Positions 21,365-28,606 of a stretch of 45,252 nucleotides of DNA are shown here, piece after piece. The notes beneath the pieces are model-generated. The model worked only from the letters and a program-made list of their open reading frames with translations, had not been told where the DNA came from and did not search any database. Made by a program: the position numbers and the translations under genes. Source of the stretch: Thermoprotei archaeon. Lineage in GTDB: Archaea; Thermoproteota; Thermoprotei_A; Sulfolobales; NBVN01. Position 1 is the first letter of the stretch. Every line of letters starts with the position of its first letter. The stretch is taken from the NCBI GenBank assembly GCA_003661745.1, contig QMWS01000001.1:1-45252 (forward strand). The letters are read 5' to 3'.

Positions 21365-21423
21365 AGTATTACTCAGTAATACCAGAGTAATACGAGTAAT
21401 ACCCAAGTATTACCAAGTAATAC
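21365..21423. promoter_or_regulatory. iteron cluster (6 x GTATTAC core), candidate replication origin / protein-binding array
   Basis: Mirror of 23830..23888. Confidence 0.55.
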
Positions 21424-21462
21424 TCAACAACAGAAAATCAACACATCAAAAGATTACACTTA

Positions 21463-21505
21463 TAAAAAAGGAAAATAAAAAAATAAAAAATAAATTAAAA
21501 AAAGG
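21463..21505 (-). terminator. oligo-T (archaeal-type) terminator / AT-rich unwinding stretch
   Basis: Mirror of 23748..23790. Confidence 0.5.
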
Positions 21506-21919
21506 CTAAATAGCTCCTTTTCCTTTAGCACTCTCTGGAAACTCAATTATTTGTCCTCTGTAGATTTTTGCATCCTTTTGTCCGCCTGCTTCACCAGTAA
21601 CAGCGGTTATTACAACCCTACAACCCTTCAAAGTTACAAGTCCGTTTTTGTTCATCTCCTTTGTCAAAGAAAATGCCAGAGTTTTTGGAATAACAAGAGA
21701 ATATTTTGCCTTGTCCTTTGTTACCGGTGCTACGAGGAATATTCTGTCTCCAGCGTCCACTTCTGTTGGGTCGTCGTCAAAAATCACTTCTACTTCCTCT
21801 CCTACATCTGGCAATGGTAGTCGGTCCCTGTCCACTTTTAATGCCCTTTCTACGGCATCTTCCTTTATGTCATATGCCTTTGCCCAATCAGGCACAAACA
21901 CCATTTCCATCACCTGCAA
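21506..21919 (-). CDS. hypothetical protein (137 aa), axis-proximal
   Basis: Identical mirror copy of 23334..23747. Confidence 0.8.
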   Translation of the reverse strand: MQVMEMVFVPDWAKAYDIKEDAVERALKVDRDRLPLPDVGEEVEVIFDDDPTEVDAGDRIFLVAPVTKDKAKYSLVIPKTLAFSLTKEMNKNGLVTLKGCRVVITAVTGEAGGQKDAKIYRGQIIEFPESAKGKGAI

Positions 21920-22568
21920 CTTTCCACTTGGAAAGCATTTCTTTAAAAAGTTTTCGAATAAAACCCCTTATAAATGGTTGGTTAGAACTCTGAACCCCAC
22001 ATTTGCGGAATCGTGTGCATATGCACAAATCCCCACTTTTGTCCAATCAAGCGTCAATTTATATCAAAAATGATATAAATTAACTGTCCATTATTCCACA
22101 AAATTGAACACTAATCCCTAAAAATGTAGATAGCACGAATTTGCCCAAAAGTGTTACCATCGACAAAAAGTGCAATACAAAAAATGCAAACCCAAATCAA
22201 AAAAAGAAAGGCAACCAGCCCATATTTTTCCGAAAACAAAAAGAATTACCCCACATTGAATTGCCAAAAATCGCAATTTTTTCTCAAATCTAATCCGAGA
22301 TTTTTCAAAAAATCAAAAGCAGAACCCAGAATGCACGAAATAAAAAACACTGAATCATTGACACATTGAAACAACGAACCATCGAACCGATTTTCGAAAA
22401 CATTCACATAAAATCGGGTATTTGGACAATTTTTAACTATCGTCGTGGTTAGGATTTCGAACTATATAAATCAATACCCATGTTTGTCCAATTACCTTTG
22501 GTAAGAAAAAAATCTCCTTTGAGATTTCGGCTCAATCTCAATCCTACGCTTTACTCAGAGTTTTCCCC

Positions 22569-22585
22569 TTGCCCCGAAGGGGCAA
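22569..22585. repeat. GC-clamped local hairpin TTGCCCC-GAAG-GGGGCAA
   Basis: Mirror of 22668..22684. Confidence 0.8.
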
Positions 22586-22608
22586 TTTCCTTTAAGATGG
22601 TAGCTCAA

Positions 22609-22644
22609 GCTCACATATGCTCGGATATCCGAGCATATGTGAGC
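22609..22644. other. symmetry axis of the palindrome (candidate hairpin-telomere apex or dimer junction)
   Basis: GCTCACATATGCTCGGAT|ATCCGAGCATATGTGAGC. The axis lies between 22626 and 22627 with no unpaired spacer. CATATG sites flank it at 22614-22619 and 22634-22639. Confidence 0.9.
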
Positions 22645-22667
22645 TTGAGCTACCATCTTAAAGGAAA

Positions 22668-22684
22668 TTGCCCCTTCGGGGCAA
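22668..22684. repeat. GC-clamped local hairpin TTGCCCC-TTCG-GGGGCAA
   Basis: Perfect 7-bp stem with a TTCG tetraloop, 42 nt from the axis. Confidence 0.8.
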
Positions 22685-23303
22685 GGGGAAAACTCTGAGT
22701 AAAGCGTAGGATTGAGATTGAGCCGAAATCTCAAAGGAGATTTTTTTCTTACCAAAGGTAATTGGACAAACATGGGTATTGATTTATATAGTTCGAAATC
22801 CTAACCACGACGATAGTTAAAAATTGTCCAAATACCCGATTTTATGTGAATGTTTTCGAAAATCGGTTCGATGGTTCGTTGTTTCAATGTGTCAATGATT
22901 CAGTGTTTTTTATTTCGTGCATTCTGGGTTCTGCTTTTGATTTTTTGAAAAATCTCGGATTAGATTTGAGAAAAAATTGCGATTTTTGGCAATTCAATGT
23001 GGGGTAATTCTTTTTGTTTTCGGAAAAATATGGGCTGGTTGCCTTTCTTTTTTTGATTTGGGTTTGCATTTTTTGTATTGCACTTTTTGTCGATGGTAAC
23101 ACTTTTGGGCAAATTCGTGCTATCTACATTTTTAGGGATTAGTGTTCAATTTTGTGGAATAATGGACAGTTAATTTATATCATTTTTGATATAAATTGAC
23201 GCTTGATTGGACAAAAGTGGGGATTTGTGCATATGCACACGATTCCGCAAATGTGGGGTTCAGAGTTCTAACCAACCATTTATAAGGGGTTTTATTCGAA
23301 AAC

Positions 23304-23311
23304 TTTTTAAA
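23304..23311 (+). promoter_or_regulatory. TATA-box candidate (TTTTTAAA) for the 137-aa gene
   Basis: Purine-rich upstream flank CGAAAAC. Lies 27-42 nt upstream of the candidate starts. A second TTTATAA occurs at 23279-23285. Mirror copy 21942-21949. Confidence 0.45.
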
Positions 23312-23333
23312 GAAATGCTTTCCAAGTGGAAAG

Positions 23334-23747
23334 TTGCAGGTGATGGAAATGGTGTTTGTGCCTGATTGGGCAAAGGCATATGACATAAAGGAAGATGCCG
23401 TAGAAAGGGCATTAAAAGTGGACAGGGACCGACTACCATTGCCAGATGTAGGAGAGGAAGTAGAAGTGATTTTTGACGACGACCCAACAGAAGTGGACGC
23501 TGGAGACAGAATATTCCTCGTAGCACCGGTAACAAAGGACAAGGCAAAATATTCTCTTGTTATTCCAAAAACTCTGGCATTTTCTTTGACAAAGGAGATG
23601 AACAAAAACGGACTTGTAACTTTGAAGGGTTGTAGGGTTGTAATAACCGCTGTTACTGGTGAAGCAGGCGGACAAAAGGATGCAAAAATCTACAGAGGAC
23701 AAATAATTGAGTTTCCAGAGAGTGCTAAAGGAAAAGGAGCTATTTAG
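23334..23747 (+). CDS. hypothetical protein (137 aa), axis-proximal; composition unlike rest of element
   Basis: ORF from the supplied track. An AGGTGA SD precedes in-frame ATGs at 23343 and 23349, which are likelier starts than TTG 23334. Four oligo-T runs follow the stop. The protein is Ala/Pro/Thr-rich and the gene is not C-depleted. No family recognised. Confidence 0.8.
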   Translation: MQVMEMVFVPDWAKAYDIKEDAVERALKVDRDRLPLPDVGEEVEVIFDDDPTEVDAGDRIFLVAPVTKDKAKYSLVIPKTLAFSLTKEMNKNGLVTLKGCRVVITAVTGEAGGQKDAKIYRGQIIEFPESAKGKGAI

Positions 23748-23790
23748 CCTTTTTTTAATTTATTTTTTATTTTTTTATTTTCCTTTTTTA
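23748..23790 (+). terminator. oligo-T (archaeal-type) terminator / AT-rich stretch
   Basis: T7, T6, T7 and T6 runs immediately after the TAG stop at 23745-23747. The stretch could also serve as an unwinding element beside the iterons. Confidence 0.5.
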
Positions 23791-23829
23791 TAAGTGTAAT
23801 CTTTTGATGTGTTGATTTTCTGTTGTTGA

Positions 23830-23888
23830 GTATTACTTGGTAATACTTGGGTATTACTCGTATTACTCTGGTATTACTGAGTAATACT
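23830..23888. promoter_or_regulatory. iteron cluster, candidate replication origin / protein-binding array
   Basis: GTATTACT at 23830, 23851, 23860 and 23871, and the inverted form GTAATACT at 23840 and 23881. Start-to-start spacing is 10, 11, 9, 11 and 10 bp, about one helical turn. Confidence 0.55.
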
Positions 23889-23949
23889 TATGTATGTTTT
23901 CCAAATTTCAATGTAGTTAAATTATATATATTTTGCAAAAGTATTAAAT

Positions 23950-24102
23950 GAAGCGACCAGATTTGTCCGTTTAAAAAGTTGCAGGGTCAATTAGGTGTCT
24001 TTTGATTAGAAAATGAATTTCGTGGTACATCTCAGAGAAAGCTCAGGACCAATAGTACCCCCTAAAATTTTGTTTTAAAAAGAAGCAATCTGGTCTGTTT
24101 TT
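23950..24102 (+). ncRNA. candidate small structured RNA (speculative)
   Basis: AT-rich TATA-like ATTATATATATTTT at 23920-23933. A 9-bp closing stem pairs GACCAGATT (23955-23963) with AATCTGGTC (24087-24095), followed by T5 at 24098-24102. The island is C-balanced and has no ORF. Confidence 0.2.
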
Positions 24103-24195
24103 AGGGTGCTTATCTTTGATTATATTTGAGATTTATTATGCTACTGAGTGTCAAGGAACTAATGTGAAAAGGAGCATTTTGGTGGGTTTTTAGGT

Positions 24196-24295
24196 GGGTT
24201 ATCTCGTGGGAAAAGTTGGGTTTTCGGGGGTAATTTTTTCAAACCTTTTCCATTTTTTTGGGAGTAGTATGATTATTAAGTTGGGGGTTATCTCG
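24196..24295. repeat. direct repeat GGGTTATCTCG x2 upstream of the AAA+ gene
   Basis: Copies at 24196-24206 and 24285-24295, 89 bp apart. Mirror 20958-21057. Confidence 0.6.
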
Positions 24296-24555
24296 GTGAA
24301 ATCTCAATTTTAAGGTTCATTTTGAAAGGGGGTTCTCCTTTTCAGGTGGGGTTAAGTGTCTTACCTTGTTATTGGGTGTCATAGAAAAGATTTAAAAATA
24401 TTACTGTTGGATTTTCCAATTTCTTTTGATAAGCTGGTTTGTTTTGGTTGTGTAAATGTGATGCTGCGAAAATTTTTTAAACGAGTAAATGGTTGTTGGT
24501 TTAGAGAATATGAAGGGTAGAGGGAGAGATTGTTATGATGCTCATTCTTTCACTC

Positions 24556-24562
24556 TTATAAA
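24556..24562 (+). promoter_or_regulatory. TATA-box candidate (TTATAAA) for AAA+ gene
   Basis: Lies 34 nt upstream of the TTG start, and a GGGGGAT SD sits between them. Mirror 20691-20697. Confidence 0.4.
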
Positions 24563-24595
24563 CTTTTTGGTTTGGTTTCTGGGGGATGATAATGT

Positions 24596-26380
24596 TTGAC
24601 CCGTAGATATACTCGGAGTTATATTGAAAAACAGATTGTTGCGTTTATTTCTCAGGGTTTGGATGCTTTAAAGATATCAAGGTTGTTGGGGTGTGATGTT
24701 AAAGATGTTGAAGAGGTGAAATTTAAAATGCAGGAAGCTGTTGGAAGGTGTAAGGTAGAAGGAGTTGTTTGTGGGTGTTTTTTTAAACCTGTGCCGAGAT
24801 GGTTGGTGTATGAAAAGAAGGTTAAAAATAAAAAGAAGAAGGTTAAGAAGGAGCTAACTCTTTTGCAGAAGTTGTCTATTATTTCTTATGGGCATATACC
24901 AACGAATCTTTTTTCTAAGAAGATTTTGAGTATGGATAACGATGGTGAAGTTTGGTGGGTTGTGAATCTTAGTAGTGGTGTTTCGTTTGTAAGTAAGAAT
25001 TATGTTCCTGTTGGAAGTTATGTTGTGGTTGATGTTCAGAATTTTAATATTCCTGTTGGTGGTAGGAGTCATAAGATTGTGAGATGTAATTATGCAAAAG
25101 GTGTTAAAATAGTTGGAGAGGATGTTAAAAATATTGATTATGAGGAAGCTGTTAAGTATGTGTCTCCTATTTGTGGAACTCCATTATATACGAAGGAGCT
25201 TTTTGTTTATTCTCTTCTTTCTTATGATGCAAGTGGTCTTAGAAAGCCGGTTCCTATTTTAATTTGTGGTCCTTCTGGAACTGGTAAGACGACATTTTTA
25301 GTAGGAATTCATGAATCAATGGGTTTTCCTTTGTTACATTCTGATGATTTATCGAAGACATTGTTTGGGTATGTTAAGGATGGTGAAGCTGTTACTCCTA
25401 TAACTCATTATTGTGTTTTGGTAGATGAGGTTGACAAGGCAAGTCCTGATATGATTAATCTGATTTTAGAGGTTGCTTCTGGAGATTACATGGAGAGGTT
25501 TAAGTGGGGTAAGCACATACGACCACCATTTAGGGGTTATTTGTTTTTTGGGACATTGATGAGGGATGTGAGTTTTTGGAATGAGGTTAAGAAGAAAGCT
25601 TTTGCTCAGTTATTGAGGAGATGTGTTCTTGTTAATATTCAGCTTGATGCTGATAGATACTTTGAGGAGGTTAGTAGTAAGGGTATTGTTGGAAATCGAG
25701 AGCATTTTTATGCATTACTACGAAGGAGGTCGGTTGATGTTGTGTTTGATAATAAGGTTAGTAATGATTTTATTATGAAGTGGTTTAGGGATGTTAATTT
25801 GGATAAATATTCAGAGTTGGATTATGAGGTTCATTATGATAAGATAATGGTAAATCATGTTAAAAATCTTGCAATTGGTCGTGCCAAAGCTTTTGGGAAG
25901 AAGAAGGTTTCTGTTAGTGATGTTGAATATGTTTGTAAGGTTTTGTATAAACATCTTTATTCTTTAGGAATTGTTGAAATTTCAACTACAACGAGGAGTG
26001 AAATTCAGGAGTATCTGTCGAGCATAAAAGGTAGGACAATAAATCTTGAGACTTGTTGTAGTCGGTTCTGTATGTGTGAGGAAGCTGTTAGGGATGTGAT
26101 GGATGATTTTTCGAGGGGTGGAATAGTTAAGCTGGTTGATAGTGATAAGTGGAAGGTCATTGGTGCTTCTGATAGTGATTTGTATGATGTTATTTTGGAT
26201 AAGAAAGAGGAAGAGGCAATTATTAATGCATTGCAGTTGTCAGAACCGTTGACTATTGATGATATTTGTGTGATGACAGGTATTGATAAGGGTAAGGTTG
26301 AGAAATTTGTGAAAAAGTTGTTTGGTATGGGTAAGCTTAGGAAGCTTGGTGATAAATATACTTGGGTTCCGTATGTCTGA
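24596..26380 (+). CDS. AAA+ ATPase, MCM-like helicase/replication-initiator candidate (N-terminal HTH, C-terminal winged helix)
   Basis: 594 aa. Walker A ICGPSGTGKTT and Walker B CVLVDEVDK. LFFGT is sensor-1-like and LLRRCVL is Arg-finger-like. N-terminal HTH IVAFISQGLDALKISRLLGCDVKDV. C-terminal wHTH-like LTIDDICVMTGIDKGKVEKFVKKL. TTG start. Confidence 0.85.
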   Translation: MTRRYTRSYIEKQIVAFISQGLDALKISRLLGCDVKDVEEVKFKMQEAVGRCKVEGVVCGCFFKPVPRWLVYEKKVKNKKKKVKKELTLLQKLSIISYGHIPTNLFSKKILSMDNDGEVWWVVNLSSGVSFVSKNYVPVGSYVVVDVQNFNIPVGGRSHKIVRCNYAKGVKIVGEDVKNIDYEEAVKYVSPICGTPLYTKELFVYSLLSYDASGLRKPVPILICGPSGTGKTTFLVGIHESMGFPLLHSDDLSKTLFGYVKDGEAVTPITHYCVLVDEVDKASPDMINLILEVASGDYMERFKWGKHIRPPFRGYLFFGTLMRDVSFWNEVKKKAFAQLLRRCVLVNIQLDADRYFEEVSSKGIVGNREHFYALLRRRSVDVVFDNKVSNDFIMKWFRDVNLDKYSELDYEVHYDKIMVNHVKNLAIGRAKAFGKKKVSVSDVEYVCKVLYKHLYSLGIVEISTTTRSEIQEYLSSIKGRTINLETCCSRFCMCEEAVRDVMDDFSRGGIVKLVDSDKWKVIGASDSDLYDVILDKKEEEAIINALQLSEPLTIDDICVMTGIDKGKVEKFVKKLFGMGKLRKLGDKYTWVPYV

Positions 26381-26389
26381 GGTGATAGG

Positions 26390-26611
26390 ATGAGGTTGCA
26401 TGCAAAACCGTTGGTTGGTAAGGATTTTGAGAGAGCTTGTAAGAAGCTTGAAAGGATTATAGGTGATGAACCTTTGTCTTTGAATGATATTGCCAATCTT
26501 CTTGATATTTCGAGGGGACAAGCTTGGAAGGTTGTGAAAGCTTTAAAGAAGAAGGGTGTGATTAAATATATTAGGTGTAAAGGTTATGTGCGGGTATCTA
26601 ATGGGGGTTGA
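26390..26611 (+). CDS. small winged-helix DNA-binding protein (73 aa)
   Basis: GAGGTGAT SD at 26379-26386. HTH plus wing: LSLNDIANLLDISRGQAWKVVKALKKKGVIKYI. Confidence 0.8.
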   Translation: MRLHAKPLVGKDFERACKKLERIIGDEPLSLNDIANLLDISRGQAWKVVKALKKKGVIKYIRCKGYVRVSNGG

Positions 26612-26612
26612 T

Positions 26613-26644
26613 GTATATATATAATATATAAGGTATAATATAAG
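26613..26644 (+). promoter_or_regulatory. AT-alternating TATA region
   Basis: GTATATATATAATATATAAGGTATAATATAAG, about 27 nt upstream of ATG 26652. Mirror 18609-18640. Confidence 0.4.
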
Positions 26645-26648
26645 TGGT

Positions 26649-26861
26649 TTGATGAAGGTTGATGAAGAACTTTTAAAAGAGTTTGAAGAAGTTTGTAGAG
26701 AGTATGGTTTGGATTCTGAGAAGGTTTTGAACGAATTGGTTAGTGAATGGGTTGCAAATAGATATTACGATGTGTGGGTTTTCAAATTTGTTAAGTTTAT
26801 GTATTTTGTTGTTTTACCTGTATTGTTGATTTGTGTTGTAATTTACGCTGAGGTATTTTAG
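26649..26861 (+). CDS. small membrane-anchored protein (70 aa)
   Basis: ATG 26652 is a likelier start than TTG 26649. The N-terminal half is polar and helical (EELLKEFEEVCREYGLDSEKVLNELV), followed by one hydrophobic segment FVKFMYFVVLPVLLICVVIYA. Confidence 0.65.
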   Translation: MMKVDEELLKEFEEVCREYGLDSEKVLNELVSEWVANRYYDVWVFKFVKFMYFVVLPVLLICVVIYAEVF

Positions 26862-27271
26862 AGGTATAGTGGTGTCTTGATGAGTTTGTCGATTGCTTTG
26901 TGTAGTTCTTCTATTCCTTTTTCTATTTCCTTTATTGCTGTTATTTCCGCTTCTTTTGCCAATTTTCTGAACTCTTCTGCTGGTCTGATTTCTATTGTGT
27001 AATCTGTATTTCCAAATCTCTTTGTGAATGTTACATTCCAACTACCTTCTATCTTTGAAGATTTTGTGAAATCTGGTTTTTCAACCGTTTCTACATATCT
27101 TTTTAGTTCGTCTAAGATAGTTGTCTGTAAATCTGTTGGTTCGATATCTTTCGGTAAATCTAATTCTGCAATCTTGATGCACTTTGTTTCTGTTCCTTTC
27201 TTTTTACATAACCAAGCATCCCACTTCATACTGGAAAAATTTTTAAGTGGTAATATATAAGTTTTTAGCAT
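26858..27271 (-). CDS. hypothetical Lys/Glu-rich protein (137 aa), minority strand
   Basis: ORF from the supplied track. The internal ATG at 27229 (Met15) lies about 28 nt downstream of a TTATATATTA box (27251-27260 on the complement) and is the likelier start. The stop overlaps the stop of 26649..26861 (TTAG). G and C are roughly balanced. Confidence 0.7.
   Translation of the reverse strand: MLKTYILPLKNFSSMKWDAWLCKKKGTETKCIKIAELDLPKDIEPTDLQTTILDELKRYVETVEKPDFTKSSKIEGSWNVTFTKRFGNTDYTIEIRPAEEFRKLAKEAEITAIKEIEKGIEELHKAIDKLIKTPLYL
27230..27269. promoter_or_regulatory. divergent promoter region (two TATA-like elements)
   Basis: TTTTTAAG at 27245-27252 faces the + gene at 27270. TAATATATAA at 27251-27260 faces the - gene start at 27229. 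Mirror 17984-18023. Confidence 0.4.
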
Positions 27272-28313
27272 GTTAGACCAAGAAATTCATGCTCGGTTAA
27301 CTTATATTCTTGGAAAGCTTCAGAGTTCTGGATATATTGAACGGGATGATGTTGATTTTATAAGGGAAATTGTTGAGAGGCATGAGAAGGATGTTAGGTT
27401 GGAAAATGCTCTTTCTGTTCTGAAATTTGTTGGTGGAGATAGATTTGTTCCAACCGATACGGAATATTTCATTAAAAATTTGGATTCTTATAGGTATTTC
27501 GTTCATAGAAGGATAGAATCCAGAAGAGAGAAACATGGGTATAAGGTTGACATTTCTAAGGATTTTGATGATATGGATTTACTTGCTGTTCTTCCTAAGA
27601 TGTGTGGGGAGTATTGGCATTCTACTCTCAAAGCTTGGAAGGAGGATAATACCTATAGGGTTGAATGTACTTATGGTGAGGATTATTTGAAGTTAAGTGT
27701 TGTTAAGGGGGATGAAGGTGTAGAAGTTTATGTTGAGAGTAATCGTTTGGTGAGGGAAGAGGTTGATGTTGATTTTGATTATATTACTGAAAGTGTTAAG
27801 GATTACTGTCGAGGTTTGGATACTCCTTTGTGTATTGTTGTTAATTCGGAGTGTAGTTTCAATGCTTATAGGAGTCTTGGTGGGTCTCGTATTTATTTTT
27901 ATGATTGTAGGACGAGGGTTCCAGCTGATAAGGTTGGCTTGTTTAGGGATGTAGTAAGGCGGTATGGCGGAGTTGTGAATTGTGGGGGCAGTAGATGTAG
28001 CTTTTCGATAGTTGAGGATGGGTTTGAAAGTATCGTCTGGGATATTTGGTATGAGATTGCAGATGATTATGTTGAAAGGTATTATGAAGATTTGCTTGAT
28101 GATTATGTGGAATGTGCTTGTAATGAGTTGTATATGGAGAATGAAGGAACCAACTTGGATATTGAATGTAGTGGAACATACGCATATCCACATGGTGGTG
28201 GATTTATGTGGTATATGGGGGTAAAGGCAAATGGTATGTATGGTAAAGGTTTGTATGAGGAGTCGAAGATGTATTACGATTTGAGGAGGTTGTTTAGGTA
28301 TGTTGATTGGTGA
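27270..28313 (+). CDS. hypothetical acidic Cys-rich protein (347 aa)
   Basis: Long ORF on the stop-rich (C-poor) strand with an ATG start. No family recognised. Confidence 0.9.
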   Translation: MLDQEIHARLTYILGKLQSSGYIERDDVDFIREIVERHEKDVRLENALSVLKFVGGDRFVPTDTEYFIKNLDSYRYFVHRRIESRREKHGYKVDISKDFDDMDLLAVLPKMCGEYWHSTLKAWKEDNTYRVECTYGEDYLKLSVVKGDEGVEVYVESNRLVREEVDVDFDYITESVKDYCRGLDTPLCIVVNSECSFNAYRSLGGSRIYFYDCRTRVPADKVGLFRDVVRRYGGVVNCGGSRCSFSIVEDGFESIVWDIWYEIADDYVERYYEDLLDDYVECACNELYMENEGTNLDIECSGTYAYPHGGGFMWYMGVKANGMYGKGLYEESKMYYDLRRLFRYVDW

Positions 28314-28605
28314 GCTTGTATATCTTCGGGGTTTGACACCTTCGCAGTTGGGATACCATTTGAGGAATATTCTTTCGAGGATTGGTATAGAGATAGAGGG
28401 AGAGAGCATTACAGCATACTATATGAAGGACGAGGATGCCTACCGTATATCTGTCTGTAAGGGAGTTGTTTATCCAGAGGAGTGCATACCTGTTTTGTAC
28501 ATTAGAAGGGACTTCATAGAGAACATTTGCAATAGATATCCAGAGTTGTCTTTTTCGTGTGAAAGAGCTTTGCAACCATATGAACGGGAAGTTGTTGAGG
28601 TGTAG
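28300..28605 (+). CDS. hypothetical protein (101 aa)
   Basis: ATG start with a GAGGAGGT SD at 28283-28290. Overlaps the previous gene by 14 nt. Confidence 0.8.
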   Translation: MLIGELVYLRGLTPSQLGYHLRNILSRIGIEIEGESITAYYMKDEDAYRISVCKGVVYPEECIPVLYIRRDFIENICNRYPELSFSCERALQPYEREVVEV

Positions 28606-28606
28606 T

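Larger units (their letters stand above)
1..22626. repeat. left arm of perfect whole-window inverted repeat
   Basis: Reverse complement of 22627..45252. All ORF pairs have coordinates summing to 45253 and identical translations. The ends and several internal stretches were checked by hand. Confidence 0.97.

Noticed and set aside
22480-22773. Two identical 72-aa ORFs (22480..22698 + and 22555..22773 -) spanning the symmetry axis
   Set aside because: Their identity is a mathematical consequence of the palindrome. They have no TATA or SD context and lie in the hairpin-rich non-coding core, so they are most likely spurious.
22773-22836. tRNA-like element: 7-bp closing stem GGGTATT/AATACCC enclosing AGTTCGAAATCC (T-loop-like)
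   Set aside because: It is only about 64 nt long. The TTCGAA segment is not adjacent to the 3' acceptor strand, and no D or anticodon arms can be drawn. It is not a tRNA or an obvious att fragment.
22884-23102. 72-aa Lys-rich ORF (mirror 22151..22369) in the axis-proximal region
   Set aside because: It reads toward the axis, against the flow of all neighbouring genes. Its translation is low-complexity and it has no start-site signals. Treated as non-coding.
23180-23605. 141-aa and 95-aa ORFs antisense to the 137-aa gene (mirrors 21648..22073 and 21706..21993)
   Set aside because: The translations are Ser/Thr/Pro-rich and low-complexity. They run through the sense gene's promoter. The sense ORF has TATA, SD and terminator signals.
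23830-23888. Possible CRISPR array
   Set aside because: The repeats are only 8 bp with 1-3-bp spacers and occur in both orientations. This is an iteron or operator array, not a CRISPR array.
24181-24350. G-run cluster (GGTGGG, GGGGG) as a G-quadruplex element
   Set aside because: This strand is G-rich throughout, so GGG runs are expected by chance, and most loops are 7-9 nt long. There is no specific support beyond the composition.
27693-28409. Long antisense ORFs on the G-poor strand, e.g. 238 aa (27693..28409 / 16844..17560), 201 aa (35390..35995 / 9258..9863), 163 aa (26005..26496 / 18757..19248) and 156 aa (37791..38261 / 6992..7462)
   Set aside because: The antisense strand is nearly G-free, so TAG and TGA stops are rare and long ORFs arise by chance. 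Their translations are Ile/Asn/Thr/Pro/His/Ser-rich and low-complexity. Long ORFs on the opposite, stop-rich strand are far less likely to be accidental.
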